The translations under genes were made by a program, and so were the position numbers. Positions 1-12,631 of a stretch of 64,000 bases of DNA are shown in pieces (the stretch's first letter is position 1; every line of letters starts with the position of its first letter). The DNA comes from Octopus sinensis (lineage: Eukaryota): NCBI RefSeq assembly GCF_006345805.1, contig NW_021824954.1:434001-498000 (forward strand), in the 5' to 3' direction. The notes below the pieces were generated by a model. The model was given only the letters and a program-made list of their open reading frames with translations. It was not told where the DNA came from and ran no database searches.

Positions 1-69
1 TATTTACGGCATAAGGACCAATGAAGCTACACACTTCTATTCTTCTTCTTCTTCTTCTTCTTCTTCTTC

Positions 70-2860
70 TTGGAGTTTAGCAAAAGGTTAGCAATAGAAA
101 GAAACAGATTGGAGGAAGTACTAGTTTGCAAACTAGAAGAGGCGATTAGTAAAGGCATCGCAACTGACGTGTTAGCGGCGAGAATGGTTCTGACCATTTG
201 TTTGAGGCGAAACACGAAGGTTGCGTTGTCAGAGCTAAGGCCCGTGCGCTAAATCATAAAGGAACTAAAACCGTCCGATGGGCTCAAACGGTGGAGATGC
301 CACGTGACAACAAAACTACGATCGGGTCTTTGACGGATCGGAACGGGCGCGTGCTACATGGTTCTGTGCAGATGTGTGCGGCTTTTCAGCAGCACTTCGC
401 ACAACTGTTTGGTGGGGGCGATGGGTCAACGACACCTAGATGGTCTCCTGCCATATCGGCAGCGGACGCGAAGTTCTGCGAAAGGTCGATAACGGCTACT
501 GAAATATGAGAGGCGATGAGTGATCGCATAAGTTGCAAATCGACAGGTTTAGATGGTCTTCCCTATGAATTCTAAGTATTCATGCCAAATTTGTTTGGCG
601 ACCTCTTGGCAGACGTTTACTGCAACTGGTAACAGAACAGGAGAATTCCCAGTGCTGTTAGTTGGGATGTGGTGACACTGATGAAGAAGGACACCGACAG
701 GGGATATATTAGGGAATTTTCGGCCCATAACTTTGATAAATACAGAGTTTAAGATTTTGGTCAAGGTGTTAACGAAAAGGTTGGCGCTTGTCGCTGGTAG
801 TCTAGTAGGGGAAGCACAAACGTGCATAATCCCAAATAGGTCTATCCACGACAGCCTCCTCCTTATGCGATACATCATAGGGAGGGCTGGAAGTAAAGCT
901 GGCTTCGGTGGGACACTGATCTGTTTAGATCAATCAAAAGCATTCGATAGGGTCGATCATCGCTACATGGAAGCTGTCCTTAAAATGGCCAGCTTCGGAT
1001 CCGTTTTCAGGAGCTGGATCACTGCAATGCGCAGCGGCACCCATTCGGTGGTCAAATAAATGGCCATCTATCAGAACCGTTTAGCATCACACGCTCGATC
1101 CGCCAGGGCTTCCCACTATCTCCTCTTCTGTACGTGCTAATTCTCAAATCACTGCTGCGGAAGTTGGAACAAGTGAGGGGCATCCTTTTCGAACTGGGAT
1201 TCGGAAGGGCAGTGCCTGCGTATGCAGACGACGTCACCGTCATGGTGTCGGACGCCTCCAAAGTGGACACGGTCGACTCCATTCTAGAAGAATATGAGTC
1301 GGTTGCAAGGGCTAAAAACAATGCCGAGCAGTCGGTGGGATTGCGACTGGGTACCTGGAAAGGCAGGTCGATGCCGTCAGACGACGTCATTGGACGCTGG
1401 ACTGATGGACCAGTTAAACTGTTCGGGGTCTAGTTTGGTCCCAACCTCCAAGTAGATAAAAACTGGGACAAGGTGACAAACAGGGTGGCCAGTCCTTCCC
1501 AGAAATGGCCTGAAAGAAAGCTGTCTTTGAAAGGTCGAGCAGAAATGGCGAATGCCTACATCGTCTCCGTTATCATTTATCGTCTAACCGTCGTGCCTTT
1601 CCCAATTACTGTTTAATCAAATTGGAGTGTTTCTTGTTCATGTTCTTGTGGAAGGGACGCCTTCAGATCGTCAGGCGGTCAATCTGCTGTCAGCTCCCTC
1701 TGATTAGCGGCTTAGACATGCCGTAGCTTTTGATGTGCAGACTTGTGTTCAGGTTAGCCACCTGCAACGATTTCTAGAAAGTGAACGCGTGTACGCTCCG
1801 TTTGTGAGGCACGTATTTCCGCAACTCGTCTCTTTGACGGAGCTTGTAGTGTTGGGTGAAGGATAGACCAAGACTGAGCGCCTAGCACTTAGAATGTGCC
1901 AGGCACTCACAGTCCTCTACCAGCTGGGCAATAGGATCGGTGGATGTTCCACTTTAGCTATTTATTGAGGATTAGTGGCGGGAAAGTGCGACGACATCCT
2001 AGGGGAGACTCTGAGCGTTGACGAAGATGAACTGATTTGTCTGTTCCTGAGGACTTTCCAGTCGGGGAATATTATGCATAATTTCTAGATGTCTTTTGAT
2101 TGGAAATGCTACCGAGGAGCGCTACCGGTTCGAGATAAACTCTACAGGCACGGATGTGCTGTCAGACGGGCTTGTCCAAGGTGCCTGCAGAGCAACGAAA
2201 CCGTTCTGCGTGATCTCGCTCAGTGTCCGATAATTGCTGACTTGTGGAGTTATGTTGAAAAGCTGCTGTTGCGTATAGGACGGATCTGTCTGTTGTCCGA
2301 GTCCATAGTGACGATTGACCCACCGCCCTCCTTTAATCAGGCAGGTAAAGCAGTTTTCCTTTGCTTGGTTGAAATGGCGAAAGAGTTTGTCTGGTGGACG
2401 AGACTGAAAGGCATGAGGGCAGAAAAATTCCTCTTTGGTAAAGCCCTCTTGGACATTTTCAAGTCGCAGTTGTAAGAAAAGTGAGGGTGGAGAGAGAGGT
2501 GCTGTCCTCAAGTGAATTTATGAAAATGTAGGTGAAAGTTGTGAAAATAGCAAGAGTGAATTGTACTACTCTCAGTGTGCTCACCTTTGAGTCGGAGGAA
2601 AGGAGTTGGAAAAGGTATTTGTCCGTGGTATTCTGGGTGGTCTTGGATGGTGGGGCTCCTCGATCATACCTAGTGGTCCTCCTGTAGCAGGAGTACCCCC
2701 ATCACAATTTGTTTTTCTTTTCCTTATTGCTATATACTATATGTATTTCACTTTTAATGTATACTGTGTATGCTTTTATATATATATATCATTTCCTTTA
2801 TATGTAAACCTCCACATTTTATGTCTTTCTATTGTCCCCCTCATCCTTCGCCCTAGTGGT
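70..2860 (+). mobile_element. L1/Tx1-clade non-LTR retrotransposon, 5'-truncated, degenerate ORF2 (RT plus C-terminal region) and 3' UTR
   Basis: Broken ORFs 70-252, 198-509, 733-1059 (DQSKAFDRVDH), 1134-1433 (QGFPLSPLLY upstream, AYADDVTV) and 2089-2475 (C-terminal CPRC...ET..C zinc-finger-like region). Homologous to the copies at 24960, 29150 and 55495. Flanked by (CTT)n on the left and (ATT)/(ACT)n on the right. Confidence 0.9.
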
Positions 2861-2865
2861 AACTA

Positions 2866-2898
2866 AAATTATTATTACTACTACTACTACTACTACTA

Positions 2899-2949
<51 letters not shown>

Positions 2950-2951
2950 CG

Positions 2952-3002
<51 letters not shown>

Positions 3003-3049
3003 TACTACTACTACTACTACTACTATTATTATTATTATTATTATTATTG
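2866..3049. repeat. Compound (ACT)n/(GCT)n/(ATT)n microsatellite
   Basis: Direct reading of the sequence. Confidence 0.95.
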
Positions 3050-3180
3050 CACGCCGGGCAAAGTCCTTGGCAGCATTTCGTCCGTCTTTACGTTCTGAGT
3101 TTAAGTTCCGCTGTGGTCGATTTTGCCCGTCATTCTTTCGGGATCGATGAAATATGTACCAGTTGAACAGCGCCATTTGA
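3050..3180 (+). mobile_element. tRNA-derived SINE fragment (family A)
   Basis: acgccgggcaaag...gagtttaagttccgctgtggtcgattttgcc...cggggtcgat-like core, shared with the copies at 13086, 22066, 24485 and 43090. Confidence 0.8.
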
Positions 3181-3246
3181 ACAAAGAACGTATAGTAGGA
3201 AGAAATGCCGTTATTATTCTGTCAGCTCGCCATATATATATATATA

Positions 3247-3406
3247 TATATTGTTATATTTCGGAATGGTCATTTTGCCAGTTTAGCCAATAAAAACACA
3301 CGCACTATATATTTGGTATTATTTTGCAAAACAACACCAAATATATAGTGCGTGTGTTTTTATTGGCTAAACTGGCAAAATGACCATTCCGAAATATAAC
3401 AATATC
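3247..3406. repeat. Near-perfect ~160-bp palindrome (fold-back) centred on TTTTG|CAAAA
   Basis: Arm ttgttatatttcggaatggtcattttgccagtttagccaataaaaacacacgcactatatatttggt is mirrored exactly; only 2 mismatches near the centre and no loop. Confidence 0.95.
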
Positions 3407-3459
3407 TGTTTCAACACACGACTTCACATAAAAAATCTTGCACAACAAATATTTAAACG

Positions 3460-3590
<131 letters not shown>

Positions 3591-4689
3591 ATCAGGTTGG
3601 TGCAAAAGTAACGTACGGTTTCCAGAAAAAATATTTCAGAGCGAATTTATCAATTTTTTAACCTTTTCTTATAGTTTTAAGATATCTTTGTGTCTAATTT
3701 GTACTATTTTCTTTCAGATTATCTAACTTCTGATCATAATTCTCAGAAAATTTTACCACCATGTTTGTCCCATCTAAAGATCACATAAGAAAGGTTTTAC
3801 TCTACGAGTTTTATAAAGATGTTAATGCAAGTTCAGAGCACCTATGGGGATGATGTAGTGAATGAAAGAAGTTGCAGGAGGTGGTTTTCCCCTTTCCGAA
3901 GTGGTGATTTCACTTTGAATGAAGAGCCAAAAGAGGATCATCCAAAAAAACTTGATTCCGAAATGTTGAAAGTTCTTATTTCAGTGAACTTTGCCGTTAC
4001 CGCTAAGGAACTTACAGAACAGTTAAACGTGACCCATACAAGCGTGGTACGCCAGCTAAAACACAAGGTTCCAGTGGCTGGAAAATGGGTCCCTCACGAG
4101 CTGTCTCCAGAGAATCGACAGCAGCGTGCTGCCTGTTGTCAATCATTGCTTTCGCGACACTTTCAAGCAACATTTTTTAGACAGGATTGTTACAGGTGAC
4201 GAGAGGTGGATTCTTTACCATAATGTTAAACGCCGCTATTCTTAGATCAATTGAGGAGGACGGCCAGTTCAACAACCGAGGGCAGGACTTCATCCAAAGA
4301 AGATCATGTTGAGTGTATGGTGGGATATTAAAGGAGTAATCCATTATGAAATGTTGGACAACAACCAAACAATTAATGCTAATCTTTACTGTGAGCAACT
4401 TCGTCATTTGGAAACAGTCCTGAGCCAAAAGCAAGCATCCTTGGTTAACAGAAAGGGTGTCACTTCCCATCACGATAATGTTCGTCCTCACACAGCTCAA
4501 CTGACCAAAACTCTCTTGGAAGAACTTGGTTGGGAAATACTGTCTCATCCTCCATATTCTCCTGACCTTGCTCCTTCTGATTACCATTTGTTCCGAGGAC
4601 TACAGAACTATTTTGATGGACTTAGGTTAACAAGAGAAGAGACTGAAAAGGAGTTGGATTCATGTTTTGGTTCTAAATCTACAGAATAA
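3591..4689 (+). mobile_element. mariner (DD34D) DNA transposon remnant: left TIR plus frameshifted transposase, 3' end lost
   Basis: TA followed by tcaggttggtgcaaaagtaacgtacggttt, resembling the Hsmar1-type TIR. ATG at 3761 (MFVPSKDHIRKVLLYEF), WVPHEL, and HDN...YSPDLAPSDY with 34 residues between the aspartates. No right TIR seen. Confidence 0.93.
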
Positions 4690-4984
4690 TGTATGTATTG
4701 AAACTGAAGTGTTATGTACGAGCATGATTACCAAGGCGACTGTAACGTTTGGAAAACTGCTGCATAGAGTGTGGGACTACCCAGTTATTCGCATATATAC
4801 CATAATTAAAGCTGACAATGCACACATGGGTGTGTATGTGTGTATTTACGTATGTATATGTGTGAGTCTATCTACCTGTCTATCTGTCTGCCTGCTTGTC
4901 TTTCTATGTGTGTGTGTGTGAGTATTGTGCGTATGGTTGCCTTGGTTGTGTGTATTCTGTCGTTACACGTTTGTGTTAGAAGTG

Positions 4985-5029
<45 letters not shown>

Positions 5030-5299
5030 CGTACGTGCGTGCGTGTGTGTGTGTGTAAAGTAGGTTTATTTTACATATATGGACAGAATATATCCAGATT
5101 AAGAAATGAGTAACTGATTTCACCATTAACTGTAATTTCCTCTCAATTCGCTGATAAGATTGCTTATGAGAAATCATTATATCCTTATATGGAATGCTGT
5201 TTATCTTACAACATAGGATAGATACACGTATGTAGATGCGTGTGTACACATGTGAACTACAGGAAATAGTTCAGATTAACCAATTCAGATCTCCTGAAT

Positions 5300-5880
5300 G
5301 ACATACGCAAAACATTTTGAACGAAGCAAAATTTGCGGTTTAGTTTGGTCTGTGAACGAAAACTTGATGGTAATTACATTCATGATTCAGTCACTTCCTC
5401 ACCACTCCCTAGAATTATATAACTTCATCGATAAGACTATCAGATGGCTTTTTATATCGCTGGTCACACCACTCTCCTGCTTTTTTTCCTTGGTTGCACC
5501 CTTTTCTCCTGTTGGCCCAAATTCTTTTATTATTATCTTTCTATGTCCATGAAGATCTTCTGAAAAATGCAAAGGTTCACATATCAGCCTTGTGACATGT
5601 CTGGCTCAGTGGAAATTGTGCTTTCGGTTTTCTGCAGTCACATTATTCACTCACCCTCCTTTTGCAATTACGTTGATTCGGGTATGGTCTAGTAATGATA
5701 ATCCTATCTTGGATTTTCTCATTCCCCTCCGTCATAAATCTTCCTCGAACTGGCCAAAGTGTTGGTTGCGCATAGGATCTATGTAGGACGGAGGTATTGA
5801 AGAGACTGGCATGCAGGAAGTTCCATTGTACTTTGAGCACTTCATTAATCGAGTCAAATACCATCCATCAGACTTTCTGC
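5300..5880 (-). pseudogene. Possible highly decayed piggyBac-like transposase fragment
   Basis: Minus-strand pieces LFNTSVLHRSYAQPTLWPVRGR and KLYNSRE..GSD loosely resemble the NFFTS..GTVR and YN..MGGVD motifs. Many stops; by-eye resemblance only. Confidence 0.22.
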
Positions 5881-5895
5881 ACGATATATATATAT

Positions 5896-5932
<37 letters not shown>

Positions 5933-6255
5933 TGTATGTATGTATGTATGTATGTATGTATGTATGTATGTATGTATGTATGTATGTATTGTCTATATTC
6001 ACCGTCTGTTAAGTTTTCGTCTTGTTTCTTGTTTGCTCTGCTTTTTTCCTTGTGTTGTCTGTTCAATCATTGATATATATATATATATTATATATTATAT
6101 TAATTATGTAATTATGTATTGGTTTATGTCTATCACTGTTTGAGTTGCATAATAGTGGTTTTATCTCTAATTCATATTTTATATATTTATACTGTGAAAT
6201 TTGATTTAATACTAAATCTAATTTTTCCCTGTCAGTTTGGAGCCATACTCCCTAA

Positions 6256-6288
<33 letters not shown>

Positions 6289-6344
6289 TCTTTTACTCTT
6301 TTACTTGTTTCAGCCATCCGGCTGAGGCCATGCTGGGGCACCGA

Positions 6345-6360
6345 TTATTATTATTATTAA

Positions 6361-6391
<31 letters not shown>

Positions 6392-6400
6392 ATAATTATT

Positions 6401-6444
<44 letters not shown>

Positions 6445-6450
6445 AATCAT

Positions 6451-6528
<78 letters not shown>

Positions 6529-6659
6529 ATGTGTGTGTCTGCATGTATGGATGTATGTCATAGTTCTTGCCGCAAGATTGCACTGGTGCGACACTAGGGT
6601 TTGTTTGTAATTTCAATAAAATACCTACATCTATCTATCTATCTATCTATCTACTATCT

Positions 6660-6735
<76 letters not shown>
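6345..6735. repeat. Compound (ATT)n(CAT)n(AAT)n and (CTAT)n microsatellites
   Basis: Direct reading of the sequence. Confidence 0.95.
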
Positions 6736-6779
6736 CATATACATACATGCTATACGTCCCACTAACAGAAAGTAAAGAA

Positions 6780-9270
6780 AGAGATAGAAATGTTGCTTGG
6801 AGACAGCAAAAAGGGTACACTCACTGATTATCCTCAAGCAGGAGCAAAAAGCTGTCAGTGAAAAAATCCAACATCAGAAGAGAATAACCGAGAGAAAGAA
6901 CAATAACAAAAAATTTAACCGCAACCAGGCATCTGTATACAGAGACATGAGAGGAGGAGCAATAAATATCACGGAAGCTTCTTCAGGAGAAGACATAGAC
7001 ATCTTCTGGAGGAAAATTTAGAATGAAGAGAAGGAATTTAACCAAGATGCTCTGTGGTTGGAAGAAATCCGAAAAAGTTACTGCTCCTGCGTTACATCCA
7101 AGACATACAACATTGATAGTGAAACTCTTGCGACTGTGATCCAGAAACTCCAGTATGGAAAAGCACCTGGAAGAGACTTGATTGTTGGATATTGGTACAA
7201 GAAGCAAACATTCTGCCAACCATATCTTATCAATCTATACTAGCAAGCTATCATTGGGAATAGTAGCATACCACACTGATTATCTCTGGCAGAGACAAAA
7301 TTGATTCCCAAATAAAGAACCACCCTCATGGCAAAAAACTGTTGGCCAATTGCATTCTAGAAGAGCATGTTTAAACCTCTTCCTCCAAGGCTATTGTGAA
7401 ACCAATAACATTATCGCAGCCGAACAAGCAGCTTGGAAGAAGGGAGTCTGGGAATGTACCGAGCAATTGTTAATCAACAAAACTGTGATGTTAGAGGTGC
7501 GAGAGCATAGGAATAACCTAGTTTCAATGTCGCTAGATTACAAGAAAACCTTTGACTCTGTTCCCCACTCATGGATGATTGAAGCCCTTCAGCTTACTAA
7601 AGTTCCAGTGAGAATAGTCAAAGCCATAACTGACCTGTCTTCATCGTGGGCCACCATCTTGAAATTGAACACAAAGAGTGACTGTATTATCACCCATAGA
7701 ATACAATATGGCAAAGGCATATTCCAAAGAGACAGCCTCTCTGTGATGTTGTTTATACTTTCTGTAAACACCCTGTCATTCATGTTAAGGAAGTCTGAAG
7801 GATATCTCACTGGTTCACAAGGAAACAGAAATACCAAAATTATACACTATTTCTTTGTGGATGACTTAAAACTTCAGGCAAAGAATATGCATGAGATGAA
7901 AAAGACCTTGACCTAATTACAACATTCTCAAAGGATCTAGGATTGGAGTTTGGTCAGGATAAACATTGTTATATGGCTGTGAAAAGGGGGAAAACTATAA
8001 ACCAGACTAACAACATCTCCATCAATGATTTGACTGTTTCCCCTGTATCTGACGAGAAATGTTACAAGTATCTAGGGGTGGATGAAAATATACCTTACAG
8101 TGGCACCTGTAACAAAATACATGTCACTAAAGAATATTACAGCCGAATAAAGAAAATTTGGACCTCAGAACTCTCTGCATTCAATAAAACAGTAGCCCAC
8201 AATGTGTTTGCAGTGCCAGTACTCATGCCAACATTTGGGCTGCTTCATTGGACGCTTGATGAGATCCAAGCCATTCATGTGAAAATCCACAAAATATTAA
8301 CAAGCACACATAATTTCTGCATAAACAGTGACATAGACTGCCTCTACCTAAAACATAAACACGGCAGCAGAGGCCTAACATCAATCCAAAATACCTTTGA
8401 ATGTTGCATCATATCCCTTCGGCAATATCTTTTAATCACCAAGTGTCGAAGTGCATCCCTTGAGCAAGTTTGCATACATGAGGCTGATAACATCAAAAGA
8501 CTTGGAAGGCAGCTTCTTGAGAAACACTCTTTGTCTGATAACCTAGAATACTTGCTCAAAGAAATCGCACTACTGCAACATATCATCAGAGGAAAGGATG
8601 AGCCTATATGAACAGAAGACTATGCATGCTCCGTGGTGATAGTAACATCGATCATCAAAGTAATTTATCATAGACGAATAGCCGGATTACTATCTCCCAC
8701 TTTGAAGGGTATGCGTTTGCAATCCAGGAACAGGAAATATCAACCAAGTACTTGATGCACAAAAGGGATAGAGATGCGAAAAAAGCAGTAAAATGTGACA
8801 ACCGAGGCAGACTTTGTGGAGTTCATACTGAAGATATCACCCACATCATAAACAGTTGTCCGAAAATGTCACCACGGTATTATCTGTCAATGAGACGTGA
8901 CATTTTAGCTAGGAGACTCTGCAATGAAATTCATCAGAAGGATAATCCCGTGGACAAAGAAATAAGAAGCCACAATATGGTAGACGCCATAGCCACTCAT
9001 AATGAAAAAGAATACTGGTGGAATGTTCCAGTGAAAACCTCAATAAAATGTAAGCAGAACTGGCCTGATATAATGATTTGGGATAGAGAAGAAAAACTTT
9101 GCACAGTTGTGGAAATTAGCTGCCTAGTGGATGTTAACCTAAAGTTGAAGATCAATGAAAAAGAGAACACCTGTTCTGAATTATTGAGAAATCTACAGTT
9201 ACTCTATCCTGATTACAAATTCAGGTTTATACTTGTAATTACTGGGGCCCTTCAAGAAGTTCATCATTGA
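6780..9270 (+). mobile_element. R4/Dong-like non-LTR retrotransposon (RT, CCHC, restriction-like endonuclease), degenerate
   Basis: ORFs 7350-7916 (DYKKTFDSVPHSW, GIFQRDSLS, FFVDDLK), 7943-8611 (YKYLG, H..SDIDCLY..GSRGL) and 8752-9270 (CRLCG..EDITHIINSCPKM, PDIMIWD...VVEISC..K). Ends in (TACA)n. Confidence 0.92.
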
Positions 9271-9339
9271 AATATATATGAGCATGCCTAGATATGCAAC
9301 TATATGCATGAGAATACGTACATAAAGCATACAAATCTG

Positions 9340-9520
9340 CACATACATACATACAAACATACATACATGCATGCATGCATACATACATACACGCACATAC
9401 ATACATGCATGCATACATACATACATACATACATACATACATACATACATACATACTACATACATACATACCTACATACATACATACATACATACATACA
9501 TACATACATACATACATACC
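9340..9520. repeat. (TACA)n microsatellite
   Basis: Direct reading of the sequence. Confidence 0.95.
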
Positions 9521-10785
9521 CTGTTGATGTTGAAATTCCAATTAAGCAGCCTAGGATCTAGGTTAGAAACCGATTCTTTCTCTATTGGTAAGAAATCTTG
9601 AAACAAACTGAATAATGACATACATACATACATATATATATGTAGTCATTATTCTTTTCCCAGTTCCTAATATTTAAAATAAATGGCCTCAACTCTGTAT
9701 TAAAACCTTTCTGACAGTACATTGCTTCCATTTTGACACAATACAAAACCATGAATTTCAGGAGATGGAGCTGGAACTGGAGCTAGAGCTGGAGATTGTT
9801 ATGACTCTCATTAATGTGCAGAGGTCCTTCAGGGTGTTAGTAAAAGGGAAGTAACATCAGGGATTTAAACTGCTTTGCGTCTTAAGTTTGTCGAGAAAGT
9901 TCACAAGTTGCTCCATATAAATACGAATTTGTTGATAATAGTTGTGAAGTTGCTTTATCCTATGTCAGCTCTGATTGTACACACATATCATGAAAGATGC
10001 TCAGGCGTTTTTGTTTCTCTTTAAAACTGAATGGTATAATTTGAAGGAGAATTAGTAGTTATTTCTAGATTTTGAGGCTACCTTATCGCTTTACAAAAAT
10101 GATACCTTCCCGTCCATGCTGTATAATATATACTGTCTAACAGAACAGGATGCTCACGGTTAAAACGTCTTTGACCATACACCTGCTAAATGTAAGGTGT
10201 ATGGGCACTAAATTAAAATATATCTCAGGTGGAGATGCTTATCTTTCTCTAAAAACACTCCCTGTTCCATACAAAAATGTGTAGTAATTAAGTTATTTAT
10301 CTTGTTTCGATTCACACTGATATCATGACTAAGAAATATTTTAAGGTCATTGGCAAGCCTAGCATTCATGTACGAGTTGCCACCTCTGAATGATAATAAA
10401 TCAATCATTCGTATAAATAAATGTGGTTCTTATTATTGCTCATTGATAAAATCTTGATAAAGTGCCTTCTACTGTAGCCTCAGGTTGGTCAAAGCCTTGT
10501 GAATGAAATTTGGAAGACGGAAACTATGCGGAGGTTTGGAGGAATTGAAAGATTTTCAATGGTTATATACTCTTCTATTTATTTCTTAAATGTACTCGCA
10601 AAGTCAAAGGATGACGTGTGTAGAAAACGTCGCAGCAATGACTCTTTTGTGTTGTACAATCAAATGTTTTTGATCAGATAAAGGCCATCCATAAACAGAA
10701 AAATAGATAATGTACATTATTTTTAGACACAAAGTTACTCTTTTGAGGCTAAAATATAGGGCTTGGCGTTGGTCAAAAGAGATAG

Positions 10786-10816
<31 letters not shown>

Positions 10817-11698
10817 GAGAAAGAGAGGAGAGAGAGGGGAAGGGAGAATACATAAAAGAATGAAAGATGAGACAGCTTCACCATAGCTGGCGATGCAAGA
10901 CAAATGACAGAAAACTGCTTTGGGTTCTCTTAAGTGGGAACATATACATATTTAAAACAGTAGAAAAGTTAAAACGAGCAGTCACAATTAAAAAGAAAGA
11001 CAACCATTCTAGTGGAAAATTAACCAAATAGAGGATATAGTCTATTTTCTTGAATCAGGAATCTTAGGCCTTCTGATCTAGGTGTTTCTGTATTTTTTTC
11101 TCGAATTACGTTGAGAGATGGTGATTTCACATTTGTCGTGTTTTCTATCCTTGAGAAATTTCATGTAAGATATAAGGGTGCTGTTGTGTCGCCAATGGCT
11201 TGGTCACCGTTCCGCATCACCATGACTGTTGTATGTAGATGCTAGCTGCTATAGCTGTTAAACTTGAAATGGAGGTTATGTTATGACGACAAACGTTAAA
11301 TTATGTGCTTGAAATTATAGCTATGGAAATTAGTGAGTTCAGTCGACAGCCAGATGGAAAACGATGATTGACCGTAGAACCGGTATAGTCAGTGTTACCA
11401 TAGAGATAGCAGAAAGTTTGGATATAGACTGAATATTTTATAGTTATTATCATAAACAAACGAGTTTCACAAAAGCCAAACAAGTTTGTAAACTACGCGC
11501 TGAAGGATTACGTAAAAATATGTAAACACATACTGTACTGTCCAATCAGAAAATGTCTGTCGTCTGCATGGCGTCACTGTAATTACGTATGAGAGATCGT
11601 TCCTTTTGCTGGCTGGCAGATGGATTTTATCATATATATATATATATATATATATAGCCATGTGGATCGCTCTCTCTCTCACTCACTCACTCACTCAC

Positions 11699-11780
<82 letters not shown>

Positions 11781-12631
11781 ATAATTAAGGTTTCTAACAA
11801 GCAGAACCGGCATGCTAAGTATAGCAGTCAAAATTACTAAACCAGAATTTCCACTTAAACACAAAGCTGAAAGCGAGTAAATGAATAAGAATCCCCAGGC
11901 CTCACTATAGTTGTTAGCATGCCTGTGCTGCTTGTTAATACCCTTAATTATTAATTGATAACCTTTTACTGTTATCGTTTTCTTTTACGCATGCAAACCC
12001 ACTGATATTATTATAAACAATATATATGAACAAATGAATAATAATAGACGTTAGATAATGGTCAGGTCATTACAGCTGTTTCTTACGCATTTTTAATAGA
12101 AGAATGAGAACATTTCATCATTGCAAAAATAAAAAAAAAACGTAATCATAAAATAAAACATATAATTTCAAAACAATAGGAAAATATCTCAAGAACACAG
12201 CAGGAACATGCCAGGAGCCAGCTGAAGCTGACCATGTTTAATGGTCAGCTGTAATGAACTGACCTTTATCCATCGCCTGTTATTATCCATTTGCTTATAA
12301 TACAACATAGGGATTCACGACACGTCGGACACCCTAGAGTATACCAAATAACGTATGATCAACACAACGTATGATTTGGACCAACTCTTAGGCGTTAAAT
12401 ACTCGTACGGATGGTTTTACTCTGTCTGTACAACCTGAACATTCTACTAGATATTTAATCGACCATAGGTGGTGACAACAGGTTAATCCAACCCTACCTG
12501 GTGCATATTATTTAAGTACCCGATTCCCTCAATTCTTCTTCTTCTTCTTCTTCTTCTTCTTCTCCGCCCCCTCCTCCTCCTCCTTCTCCTCCTCCTCCTC
12601 CTCCTCCTTCTTCTTCTTCTTCTTCTTCTTC

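Noticed and set aside
5655-5877. AG/GT-bounded minus-strand segment as a host exon
   Set aside because: All three frames from the acceptor contain stops; it fits a decayed transposase better, and that call is itself weak.
9690-10460. Protein-like stretches on the minus strand
   Set aside because: Interrupted by stops in every frame, with no recognisable family.
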